The position numbers were made by a program, and so were the translations under genes. DNA of 29,513 nucleotides from a virus. Lineage: Duplodnaviria > Caudoviricetes. The DNA lies in the IMG/VR virus record IMGVR_UViG_3300033559_000068, positions 1-29,513 of that record. One strand, 5' to 3'. The notes beneath the pieces are model-generated. The model worked only from the letters and a program-made list of their open reading frames with translations, was not told the origin of the DNA and searched no databases. Positions 1 through 5,786 of the stretch are shown here, in pieces (the first letter of the stretch is position 1; each line of letters opens with the position of its first letter).

Positions 1-22
1 CAAAAAAAGTTTGAAAAAATGC

Positions 23-51
23 TTGAATCGAAAAACGAAGACTGGTACAAG
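23..51 (+). promoter_or_regulatory. Candidate sigma70-type promoter for the early operon
   Basis: TTGAAT (23-28), 17-bp spacer, TG-n-TACAAG (43-51), with an A-tract-rich upstream segment; precedes the + strand gene run. Confidence 0.4.
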
Positions 52-120
52 CACTCTTATGAACGTGATTCCACACATGCAGATTTCAACTCAAGAAAAA
101 CCGGAGAAGAATCTACTATC

Positions 121-149
121 ACGTCGCATAATATATATTATTGTCAACT
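121..149. other. dif-like XerC/XerD recombination site
   Basis: ACGTCGCATAA-TATATA-TTATTGTCAACT resembles E. coli dif GGTGCGCATAA-TGTATA-TTATGTTAAAT; the XerD arm carries one extra T. Confidence 0.5.
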
Positions 150-267
150 GTTATGCGGGGGTGGGCACTAGGGGTTGTGGTTTTTATGGCTGGCTTGCGT
201 TTCTTGACACTATAATCGTTTGTGGCACAAAGGCTGTTTGCAACGCTTCCGAAAAGGGGGTGTTGTG

Positions 268-615
268 ATGGCTGTTTTTGCTAAATCTTTGTCGTCGTAT
301 TACCGGCAGTGTGCTACTGCCACTATTAACTTTGTCGCGGGTGAGTATTGCGCCCGGATCGCTACCGAGGACGGCTGGTACATTGAACCGCCGTCCTCTT
401 CTTTTTTGCCGGAGCTTATCCGGCAGATCCGTCTCTGGGCAGGAAATGATTATGACGTGGCGGTTATCGAGGATTTCGATAATGCCGGGCTGTCTCCAAG
501 GGGGATGCAGCGGGCGTCCAAGGCGAAGAATCCACGGCAGACGGTGCGGGAGATGCAGCGGCGGGATGATGCGGAGGCGCGGGCCAGGAGGGTGAAGGGG
601 GTGCAGAATGGATGA
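268..615 (+). CDS. Hypothetical phage early protein
   Basis: ORF 220..615; ATG at 268 follows GGGGGTGTTGTG; stop overlaps the next gene. Confidence 0.6.
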   Translation: MAVFAKSLSSYYRQCATATINFVAGEYCARIATEDGWYIEPPSSSFLPELIRQIRLWAGNDYDVAVIEDFDNAGLSPRGMQRASKAKNPRQTVREMQRRDDAEARARRVKGVQNG

Positions 616-814
616 TTTGAAGGCGAGGCGGCGCAGGGCGTTTAGGATGCGGTTGGCGGAACTGGGCATTTCGGGGAGCGAGGCGGCGACGCTGGCGGGG
701 CTGTCGAAGTCGTATTTCTCGCAGATTCAAAACGGGGTGTATGCGTGTTCGGATAAATGCGCACAGCGGGTGGCGGAGGTGTTGCAGAAGGAGCGGTCGG
801 AGTTGTTTATCTAG
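608..814 (+). CDS. Cro/XRE-family helix-turn-helix regulator
   Basis: 68 aa; LAELGISGSEAATLAGLSKSYFSQIQNG fits the XRE HTH pattern; second gene of the early operon. Confidence 0.8.
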   Translation: MDDLKARRRRAFRMRLAELGISGSEAATLAGLSKSYFSQIQNGVYACSDKCAQRVAEVLQKERSELFI

Positions 815-830
815 GCTGACGAGGGGAGAT

Positions 831-854
831 GGCGGACACGAGGCCCGCCCGTAC
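831..854. repeat. REP-like palindrome family B (GGCGGACACGAGGCCCGCCCSTAC)
   Basis: Near-identical copies at 1679-1702 and 10529-10552; variants at 2450-2473 and 14910-14934. Confidence 0.75.
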
Positions 855-871
855 AAAGAAGGGGGTGTGTG

Positions 872-1114
872 ATGAATGCGGGTGAAATGGCGGCAGTGGT
901 GAACGAGTTGTTTGACACGGAGATGAAGGGCATTTCGGGGTTGCGGTCGGCTGCTTACCGGAAGGGGTTTTTCCAGGGGCTTCTTTCGGTGGCGGATTCC
1001 GAGGACTTCTGTTGTCCGTTGGCGATGGGGTCCGCCAAGGCGGATGCGTGGTCCTTCGGGTTCTGGGATGGGCAGCGGTCTATGAAGATTGATATGACCA
1101 CGCGCGGGCTCTAG
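872..1114 (+). CDS. Hypothetical protein
   Basis: ORF 869..1114; preceded by AAGAAGGGGGTGTGTGATG. Confidence 0.65.
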   Translation: MNAGEMAAVVNELFDTEMKGISGLRSAAYRKGFFQGLLSVADSEDFCCPLAMGSAKADAWSFGFWDGQRSMKIDMTTRGL

Positions 1115-1138
1115 TGGTGGGCGAGGGGGCGAGGGGAT

Positions 1139-1161
1139 GGCGAAAGATTTTTCGCCCTTAC
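1139..1161. repeat. REP-like palindrome family A (GGGCGAAAGATTTTTCGCCCTTAC)
   Basis: One of 8 copies in the window. Confidence 0.8.
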
Positions 1162-1176
1162 GAATGGGGGTGTGTG

Positions 1177-1443
1177 ATGGATTTGCGGCTGGTGGTGATT
1201 GAGTTGGCTTTGTCGGCCCCGGCTGCCCGGCTGGAGGCGGCGCGGCGGGCGTTGAGGCGGGATGCGCAGGCTCCGGGGGTCACTGTGACGGTGGCGGAGG
1301 CGGCGCGGATCCTGGGGGTGAGTCGGGAGACGTGCTACCGGTATCTGGAGCGGGGCCTGCTTTCGCGGGTGCCTGCCACGAATCGGTTGCGGCGGTCGCA
1401 GGTGCTGGCTCTGGCCGGGGATGGCGGGAAGGGGGCGGAATGA
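1177..1443 (+). CDS. Excisionase-like (HTH_17/MerR-type) DNA-binding protein
   Basis: VTVAEAARILGVSRETCYRYLERGLL motif; start reassigned to ATG 1177 after the GGGGGTGTGTG module. Confidence 0.75.
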   Translation: MDLRLVVIELALSAPAARLEAARRALRRDAQAPGVTVTVAEAARILGVSRETCYRYLERGLLSRVPATNRLRRSQVLALAGDGGKGAE

Positions 1444-1718
1444 TCTCGGCGAAGGCTGCTCGGGGGTTGGTGGAGGATGTGCGGCGTTTGCGGGGGATGT
1501 TGGAGGATGCCAGGGAGGAGGCGTTGCTTATGGAGGTGATGCTTGAGGTGGCGGTGAGCAAGTACCGGGAGAAGACGGCGGCGACCCGGCGGAAGGCTTG
1601 GGTGACGCGGCGGCGTAAGGCGGCTGAACGGGCGGCTTTGCAGCCGGGGTTGGTGGGGCTGGTGGCGGAGAAGGAAGGGGCGGACACGAGGCCCGCCCGT
1701 ACTGCGGGAGGTGTGTGA
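1440..1718 (+). CDS. Hypothetical protein
   Basis: ATGA overlap with the upstream stop; in frame with ORF 1332..1718. Confidence 0.6.
   Translation: MISAKAARGLVEDVRRLRGMLEDAREEALLMEVMLEVAVSKYREKTAATRRKAWVTRRRKAAERAALQPGLVGLVAEKEGADTRPARTAGGV
1679..1702. repeat. REP-like palindrome family B
   Basis: GGCGGACACGAGGCCCGCCCGTAC, identical to 831-854. Confidence 0.75.
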
Positions 1719-2008
1719 TGGTGCGGCAGTTGGACATTGATTGGGATGTGTGTGCGCGGAAGTCTCGGGGGAATGCGGAGAGGGCCGAGGCGAACGCGAA
1801 GGCGGCTGGGGGCAAGCGGGATGCGCGGCTGGCTGTGCTGGCGTTGATCCGGCAGGCGCAGGGCGAGGGGATGACGTGCAAGGAGGTGGCCGCGCGGTTG
1901 GGCAAGTGGATGAATGCGGTGTCGGGGCGGTTCTCGGAGTTGAAGGCTCTGGGGATTGTCCGGCAGGCGGGGCGGCGCGAGGGTTGCGGGGTGTATGTGG
2001 GTGTGTAG
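1715..2008 (+). CDS. Winged-helix DNA-binding protein
   Basis: GMTCKEVAARLGKWMNAVSGRFSELKALGIV wHTH pattern. Confidence 0.7.
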   Translation: MMVRQLDIDWDVCARKSRGNAERAEANAKAAGGKRDARLAVLALIRQAQGEGMTCKEVAARLGKWMNAVSGRFSELKALGIVRQAGRREGCGVYVGV

Positions 2009-2014
2009 GGGAAG

Positions 2015-2038
2015 GGGCGAAAGATTTTTCGCCCATAC
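2015..2038. repeat. REP-like palindrome family A
   Basis: GGGCGAAAGATTTTTCGCCCATAC, intergenic. Confidence 0.8.
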
Positions 2039-2061
2039 AAAGAAGGAAAGGTGTGTGTGTG

Positions 2062-2370
2062 ATGGCGGCTAATGTGAAGTTGGGGTTCTTTGGGCGGATT
2101 AAGAAGGCGTTTGTGTTGGGGTCGCGGGAGTATCGGCGGCTGGCGGCGATCTGTGACGGGGAGATTGTGGCGATGGGCAGGCTGCGGCGGGATCTGGAGG
2201 CGCGGGAAGCGGAGCTTGTGCATTTGCGGGGCTTGCTGGATGAGGCGGACAAGCTGCTGGCGGGGGATGTGGGGGAGGTGTGCGAGTTGCTGGATGCCGG
2301 TTGTGAGTTGCGGGATGCGCGGCGGGACAAGGATGATTTAGGGAGGGCCATGGGCTATGTGTACTGTTAG
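2062..2370 (+). CDS. Hypothetical coiled-coil protein
   Basis: 3' part of ORF 1741..2370; ATG 2062 follows AAGGAAAGGTGTGTGTGTG. Confidence 0.6.
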   Translation: MAANVKLGFFGRIKKAFVLGSREYRRLAAICDGEIVAMGRLRRDLEAREAELVHLRGLLDEADKLLAGDVGEVCELLDAGCELRDARRDKDDLGRAMGYVYC

Positions 2371-2449
2371 GCGGTGGTCGGTGGGGCGGCGGGAGCGGCC
2401 GGGGATTCTGCTGCTGGGGTGGTTGCGGCGGGTGGCGGGGAGAAAGGCG

Positions 2450-2473
2450 GGGCGGGCTGCTGCCCGCCCGTAC
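2450..2473. repeat. REP-like palindrome, family B variant
   Basis: GGGCGGGC-TGCT-GCCCGCCC-GTAC followed by an RBS/start module. Confidence 0.6.
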
Positions 2474-2494
2474 AAAGGAGGAAAGGGGTGTGTG

Positions 2495-3031
2495 ATGGGG
2501 TGGTGTTATAGCTTTGATGAGGAGCGGTTCGAGGGGGAGTTTGATTCGGCGGCGGATGCGGCAGCAGAGGCGTTTGCTGTTGATGAAGATGCGTATAGGT
2601 GCTGGGTGGGCGATGTGGCGAAGCTGGAGGAGGTGATGGGGCCGCAATTTGTCGGGGATGAGGTGTGGAAGATGCTTTCGACACGGTGTTATGAGGAGGT
2701 GGGGGATTTCTACGATGGTTTCCGGCTGTCGAATGAGCAGCGGCGCGACCTGGGGATGCTGGTGCTTGCCTGGGTGGTGCGGGAAGGTGGCTTCAAGTGC
2801 TATGCCGTGAAAAATGTGCGGCGGGTGGTTTCGGCGCGTAGCGAGGCCTGCAAGCATTTGTGCAGCTTGTGCCGCAAGGACTTTGCCGTGTGTGACGCCA
2901 CGGTGAAGGTGTTCGGGGTTGATGTTGATTCGTGCGCCGTGGGTGAGGAGGCGGATGCGGTTGTGGGGTGTGATGGGTTTGTTCCCGGCTGGGACGGCGG
3001 GGCCGCTTTGGAGGCTGGGGAGGGGATTTGA
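2495..3031 (+). CDS. Hypothetical phage protein with Cys-rich C-terminal domain
   Basis: ATG 2495 in frame with ORF 2357..3031; WCYSFDEERFEGEFDS N-terminus; C-terminal Cys cluster. Confidence 0.7.
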   Translation: MGWCYSFDEERFEGEFDSAADAAAEAFAVDEDAYRCWVGDVAKLEEVMGPQFVGDEVWKMLSTRCYEEVGDFYDGFRLSNEQRRDLGMLVLAWVVREGGFKCYAVKNVRRVVSARSEACKHLCSLCRKDFAVCDATVKVFGVDVDSCAVGEEADAVVGCDGFVPGWDGGAALEAGEGI

Positions 3032-3042
3032 GCCGGGCTATT

Positions 3043-3067
3043 CCGGCGTGAACGCCGGGGGCAGGAC
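3043..3067. repeat. Palindromic repeat family C (CCGGCGTGAACGCCGGGGGCAGGAC)
   Basis: Exact copy at 6962-6986; degenerate copy at 4728-4752. Confidence 0.7.
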
Positions 3068-3079
3068 GGGGGGTGTGTG

Positions 3080-3127
3080 ATGCGGGTGATTGAGTGGGCG
3101 AACGCAGAAAGTGAGGCTTTGACATGA
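3080..3127 (+). CDS. 15-aa leader peptide reading into attC (MRVIEWANAESEALT)
   Basis: Starts at the phage GGGGGGTGTGTGATG module; its TGA overlaps ATG 3124 inside the attC site. Confidence 0.45.
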   Translation: MRVIEWANAESEALT

Positions 3128-3163
3128 GTGCAGCGAATGTCAATAGCCACTGCCTTGTTCGGT
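3097..3163 (-). mobile_element. attC site of cassette 4, with a 3-nt deletion in one arm
   Basis: Minus strand: ACCGAAC-AAGGC-AGT[G]GCT[A]TTGACAT...ATGTCAA-AGCCTC-ACT-TTCTGC-GTTCGCC. Confidence 0.75.
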
Positions 3164-3522
3164 TTTCTGATGACTGGCACAGGCTGGCGTTGTTGAAGAT
3201 GCGACAACTCCAAGACGATGGAATGACGTGTGCCGAGATCGTGCTGGAGCATCCTGTCAAAGGCACGGCGCACATTGATCGGTGGGGAAAGGTGACGTGG
3301 GACGATAAACAGGGGCATGAGGTAAAAAAAATTGAAGCGTATCAGCAGAGAGTGATTGAAGAGAAACAGGTGCTCGACGAGAAGATCGAGAAGCTGTCGG
3401 CGTTCATCGGCACCGAACGGTACTGTGCTTTGCCAGAAGCGGAGCAGGTGCGCATGGATAGGCAGTTGATCGCAATGGGCGAATACTCGGCCATCTTGGG
3501 TGAACGAATCGCCGCGTTTTGA
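3124..3522 (+). CDS. Cassette protein; C-terminal half resembles the crAss001_48-like small phage family
   Basis: YQQRVIEEKQVLDEKIEKLSAF...MGEYSAILGERIAAF recognised from memory; start codon lies inside the attC. Confidence 0.7.
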   Translation: MSAANVNSHCLVRFSDDWHRLALLKMRQLQDDGMTCAEIVLEHPVKGTAHIDRWGKVTWDDKQGHEVKKIEAYQQRVIEEKQVLDEKIEKLSAFIGTERYCALPEAEQVRMDRQLIAMGEYSAILGERIAAF

Positions 3523-3543
3523 ACAACGGGCCGGAAAGGAAAA

Positions 3544-3879
3544 ATGAGTGAGTTATTTAAACTGAAAAAAGAGCAGCGGCGGGCATTTCTGCGATTGAAA
3601 CGAGCACACGCGGATTGCCTGAACCTTGGTATTGAGTTCTACAACAACTATGGGTATGTCGGTGCTGTCGATCCGAAAAAATTCGAGAGGGATTTTTACA
3701 ACGACAAGCTTAGTCCGGGCGCAATTGAAGACGCGGGCCAAAACAGCGAGAACGAGTTTCGTCTAGAGTGCAGCGAATGGTGCGACGATATGCATTATTT
3801 TCATCCCAAACCCAACGCCCCCGCTGACCTTCCGGCGGTAGCCGATACGGCCCGGCGGGATGTTGGAGGTGCTCAATGA
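3544..3879 (+). CDS. Hypothetical cassette protein; C-terminus encoded by attC
   Basis: RBS AAAGGA; ends PNAPADLPAVADTARRDVGGAQ, the translation of attC 3810-3868. Confidence 0.75.
   Translation: MSELFKLKKEQRRAFLRLKRAHADCLNLGIEFYNNYGYVGAVDPKKFERDFYNDKLSPGAIEDAGQNSENEFRLECSEWCDDMHYFHPKPNAPADLPAVADTARRDVGGAQ
3810..3868 (-). mobile_element. attC site of cassette 3 (59 bp)
   Basis: Minus strand: CTCCAAC-ATCCC-GCC[G]GGCCGT[A]TCGGC-TACC-GCCGG-AAGGTC-AGC-GGGGGC-GTTGGGT; homologous to 4446-4504. Confidence 0.8.
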
Positions 3880-4085
3880 TTTTGGGGAGACAGGCCCGAG
3901 AGCCCGGAGTATCCGGGACGACCTACTGGATAGGCCGCGAAAGCGGTCGAAGGTGTGATGGCCCGAATGAGGGGCCGGACTGCTGCGCCTTGTGCGTGGT
4001 GCCAGAAGCGGACTCCGTGCAAATCGGATCATCGGGAAGTCTCCCCTCCAACACGGAGCGTCATGCTCCGAGCGGAGCGAGGTAG
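3876..4085 (+). CDS. Small hypothetical cassette protein
   Basis: ATGA coupling to the upstream gene; TAG stop inside attC 4046-4105. Confidence 0.5.
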   Translation: MILGRQAREPGVSGTTYWIGRESGRRCDGPNEGPDCCALCVVPEADSVQIGSSGSLPSNTERHAPSGAR

Positions 4086-4105
4086 CATGGACGCTTTTGT
4101 TGTGC
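4046..4105 (-). mobile_element. attC site of cassette 2 (60 bp), canonical
   Basis: Minus strand: GCACAAC-AAAAG-CGT[C]CATGCT[A]CC-TCGCTCCGCTC-GG-AGCATG-ACG-CTCCGT-GTTGGAG; extrahelical C and A at the canonical positions. Confidence 0.88.
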
Positions 4106-4716
4106 TTCGGATTCAGGACGCGGACGGGCGGGGGCCGTGGAAACCCGGTTTCTCGCGCCAGTGGGTTGAGGACAGGCCCGACCACGAGGACCTGCCGCCG
4201 TGGTTCGTGGAGTTCGGCCGCGTGGACAAGTTGGCGCTGGTGGGAGAGCACGTCGGAAGCGGATGCCGGACACTGGAACAACTGCGCCGGTGGTTCAGCC
4301 CGACCGAGTACGCGACGCTGCGCCGGTTCGGGTATCGGGCCGTGCGGATGGCGGTGGGGCGACTGCTGGCCGAGTCGGACAGGCAATGCTTCTTCGGGCG
4401 GGCGCGACCGCTGCGCGAAGACGTTGAGCCGGTGGAACTGTATGAGCACAACGCCCCTGCTGACCTTCCGGCGGTAGCCGGTAAGGTCCGGCGTGATGTT
4501 GGGCAGATCAACCCTGACGAACGCATTACCGTCGAGGGCGTGGAGATTTTGCGTTACACGGAGGGTTGCGATGGCACGATATTCGACCATGCAGCAGCAG
4601 GCGGACCGCCGACGCGATGTATCAGATGCGACCGATGGACATCTTTATCGCCGTATTGCCCACGATGCATTGCTGTTGATCTGAAACTGCCCAACAGTTT
4701 TATTGGACAGATTTGA
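4087..4716 (+). CDS. Two-cassette fusion protein (hypothetical domain, attC-encoded linker, CxxC..CxxC domain)
   Basis: ATG 4087 inside attC after GGAGCGAGG; reads through attC 4446-4504 (HNAPADLPAVAGKVRRDVGQ); CIRC...CPRC near the C-terminus. Confidence 0.7.
   Translation: MDAFVVLRIQDADGRGPWKPGFSRQWVEDRPDHEDLPPWFVEFGRVDKLALVGEHVGSGCRTLEQLRRWFSPTEYATLRRFGYRAVRMAVGRLLAESDRQCFFGRARPLREDVEPVELYEHNAPADLPAVAGKVRRDVGQINPDERITVEGVEILRYTEGCDGTIFDHAAAGGPPTRCIRCDRWTSLSPYCPRCIAVDLKLPNSFIGQI
4446..4504 (-). mobile_element. attC site of cassette 1 (59 bp)
   Basis: Minus strand: GCCCAAC-ATCAC-GCC[G]GACCTT[A]CCGGC-TACC-GCCGG-AAGGTC-AGC-AGGGGC-GTTGTGC; same geometry as attC(aadA7). Confidence 0.88.
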
Positions 4717-4727
4717 TCCATCTAATA
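4689..4727 (-). mobile_element. attI-like primary recombination site
   Basis: Minus strand ...CAAATCTGTCCAATAAAACTG|TTGGGC; AT-rich, no attC hairpin, at the head of the array; resembles the attI1 end CCCTAAAACAAAG|TT. Confidence 0.5.
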
Positions 4728-4744
4728 CCGCTGTGAACAGCGGC

Positions 4745-4778
4745 GGCAGGACGAGGTAAAGGGGGTGTGTGATGGCGG
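4745..4778 (+). repeat. 34-bp direct repeat, copy 1
   Basis: GGCAGGACGAGGTAAAGGGGGTGTGTGATGGCGG, identical at 5302-5335. Confidence 0.85.
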
Positions 4779-4849
4779 AGGGGCGGCAATGAAGGGCTTG
4801 TCTCAATAGGTGAGATAATTGAACGGGGTGTTTTGTGAGGGCAGCCAGG

Positions 4850-5001
4850 AGAAATCGCAAGCTGGTGAGAAAACGGGTGCCAAAAGAGGCCGCGCTGGAA
4901 ACGGCAGTAATCCCGACAGGTAAGCGGAGAAATCCGATGACTCGGCACCAATGCGGGGGTAGCGTCCCGCCCCTCACGTTTTCTACACCGCTTTGTTCGC
5001 A
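4850..5001 (-). mobile_element. Probable decayed long attC site
   Basis: Minus-strand start GCGAAC-AAAGC-GGTGTAGAAAACG matches + strand AAGCTGGTGAGAAAACG at about 4859-4875; the distal R box is disrupted. Confidence 0.4.
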
Positions 5002-5041
5002 GGAGCGTAAACATGAATGAGCAACAGTTAAATGATTATTT

Positions 5042-5329
5042 ATGACGGTATTAACGAATATCGAAGTGATGCCAATGGGGGATGGTCATGTTGTGCGGCT
5101 TATTGCTGAAAAGTCGGGCAAGAAATTGCGCATAGATATACCGATACCGTTTGGAATGATTTCAGACAAGTACCAGGTATTAGCGAAATTCAGGGATCTA
5201 TATGCGATGCATAACGCCAGCGTAAGCATTCCCCGGTCGACGAGCGGGGCTGGAGAAGCGCAAGGCGGCAATGCAGGAGCAAATGGCGTTGTTGTGAGGC
5301 GGGCAGGACGAGGTAAAGGGGGTGTGTGA
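5042..5329 (+). CDS. Hypothetical protein (AT-richer, cassette-like)
   Basis: 95-aa ORF; C-terminus HNASVSIPRS reads through an attC-like half-site at 5209. Confidence 0.6.
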   Translation: MTVLTNIEVMPMGDGHVVRLIAEKSGKKLRIDIPIPFGMISDKYQVLAKFRDLYAMHNASVSIPRSTSGAGEAQGGNAGANGVVVRRAGRGKGGV

Positions 5330-5335
5330 TGGCGG
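5302..5335 (+). repeat. 34-bp direct repeat, copy 2
   Basis: Identical to 4745-4778. Confidence 0.85.
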
Positions 5336-5538
5336 GGGAGTGTGTGGCGGATGCTAGGGGGCAGGTGTTGCGGTGTTTGGTTTGTGGCGAGGAGGTGCCT
5401 ATGCCGATGGGGATGGTGCGCTGGTTCGCGGGGGTGTGCCGGGCGTTTGAGTTGGCGCATAGGGGGTGTGACGGGCGCAAGGGGAAGACGGGGTTTGCGA
5501 AGTGCGCGGGGGGGGAGGGGAAGGGGGCGGAGTTATGA
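5326..5538 (+). CDS. Small Zn-finger-like hypothetical protein
   Basis: CLVCG...HRGC; start module present. Confidence 0.6.
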   Translation: MMAGECVADARGQVLRCLVCGEEVPMPMGMVRWFAGVCRAFELAHRGCDGRKGKTGFAKCAGGEGKGAEL

Positions 5539-5759
5539 GGCAGGTTGATTTCGAGCATGATGTTGGCGACGAGGTGATGATGGTGTTTGCCAGTGAGGTC
5601 ACGGGGCATGTGACGGCTCTTAAACTGGAGGCGTGCGGTCGGCAGTATCGCGTTGCATGGTGGCAGGACGGATGCAGGCGTGAGGATTGGCTGCTGGCGT
5701 GGGAGATCAAGGGGGCGAAGCCTGGTGCCAGTGTTGATTCAGTTGTGCTGGGCGAATGA
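5535..5759 (+). CDS. Hypothetical small protein (possibly SH3-like)
   Basis: ATGA coupling; FEHDVGDEV...YRVAWW; stop codon lies inside a family A repeat. Confidence 0.6.
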   Translation: MRQVDFEHDVGDEVMMVFASEVTGHVTALKLEACGRQYRVAWWQDGCRREDWLLAWEIKGAKPGASVDSVVLGE

Positions 5760-5773
5760 TTTTTCGCCCTTAC
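5750..5773. repeat. REP-like palindrome family A
   Basis: GGGCGAATGATTTTTCGCCCTTAC. Confidence 0.75.
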
Positions 5774-5786
5774 TACAAGGGGGTGT

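Larger units (their letters stand above)
3097..4727 (-). mobile_element. Integron-type cassette array without integrase (CALIN-like), 4 cassettes: 3103-3815, 3816-4051, 4052-4451, 4452-4694
   Basis: Four attC sites; each cassette has complementary 8-9 bp ends; base composition differs from the flanking phage genes. Confidence 0.85.

Noticed and set aside
204-216. TTGACA and TATAAT as one promoter
   Set aside because: Only 1 bp apart; neither has a good partner at 16-18 bp spacing
11-268. 85-aa ORF at the window start
   Set aside because: TTG start in an AT-rich region holding promoter- and dif-like motifs; no recognisable protein features
3955-4086. Longer N-terminus of the 3955..4716 ORF
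   Set aside because: Overlaps ORF 3876..4085; ATG 4087 has an RBS-like sequence and directly follows the upstream stop
3553-4590. Minus-strand ORFs that would give the cassettes a conventional orientation
   Set aside because: They cross attC sites or do not fill the cassettes and lack RBSs or motifs, whereas the + strand ORFs show RBSs, coupling and a recognisable family
5013-5045. Frameshifted N-terminus (MNEQQLNDYL) for ORF 5042
   Set aside because: It has a good RBS, but a coupled mini-ORF cannot be told from a frameshift or sequencing error without homologs
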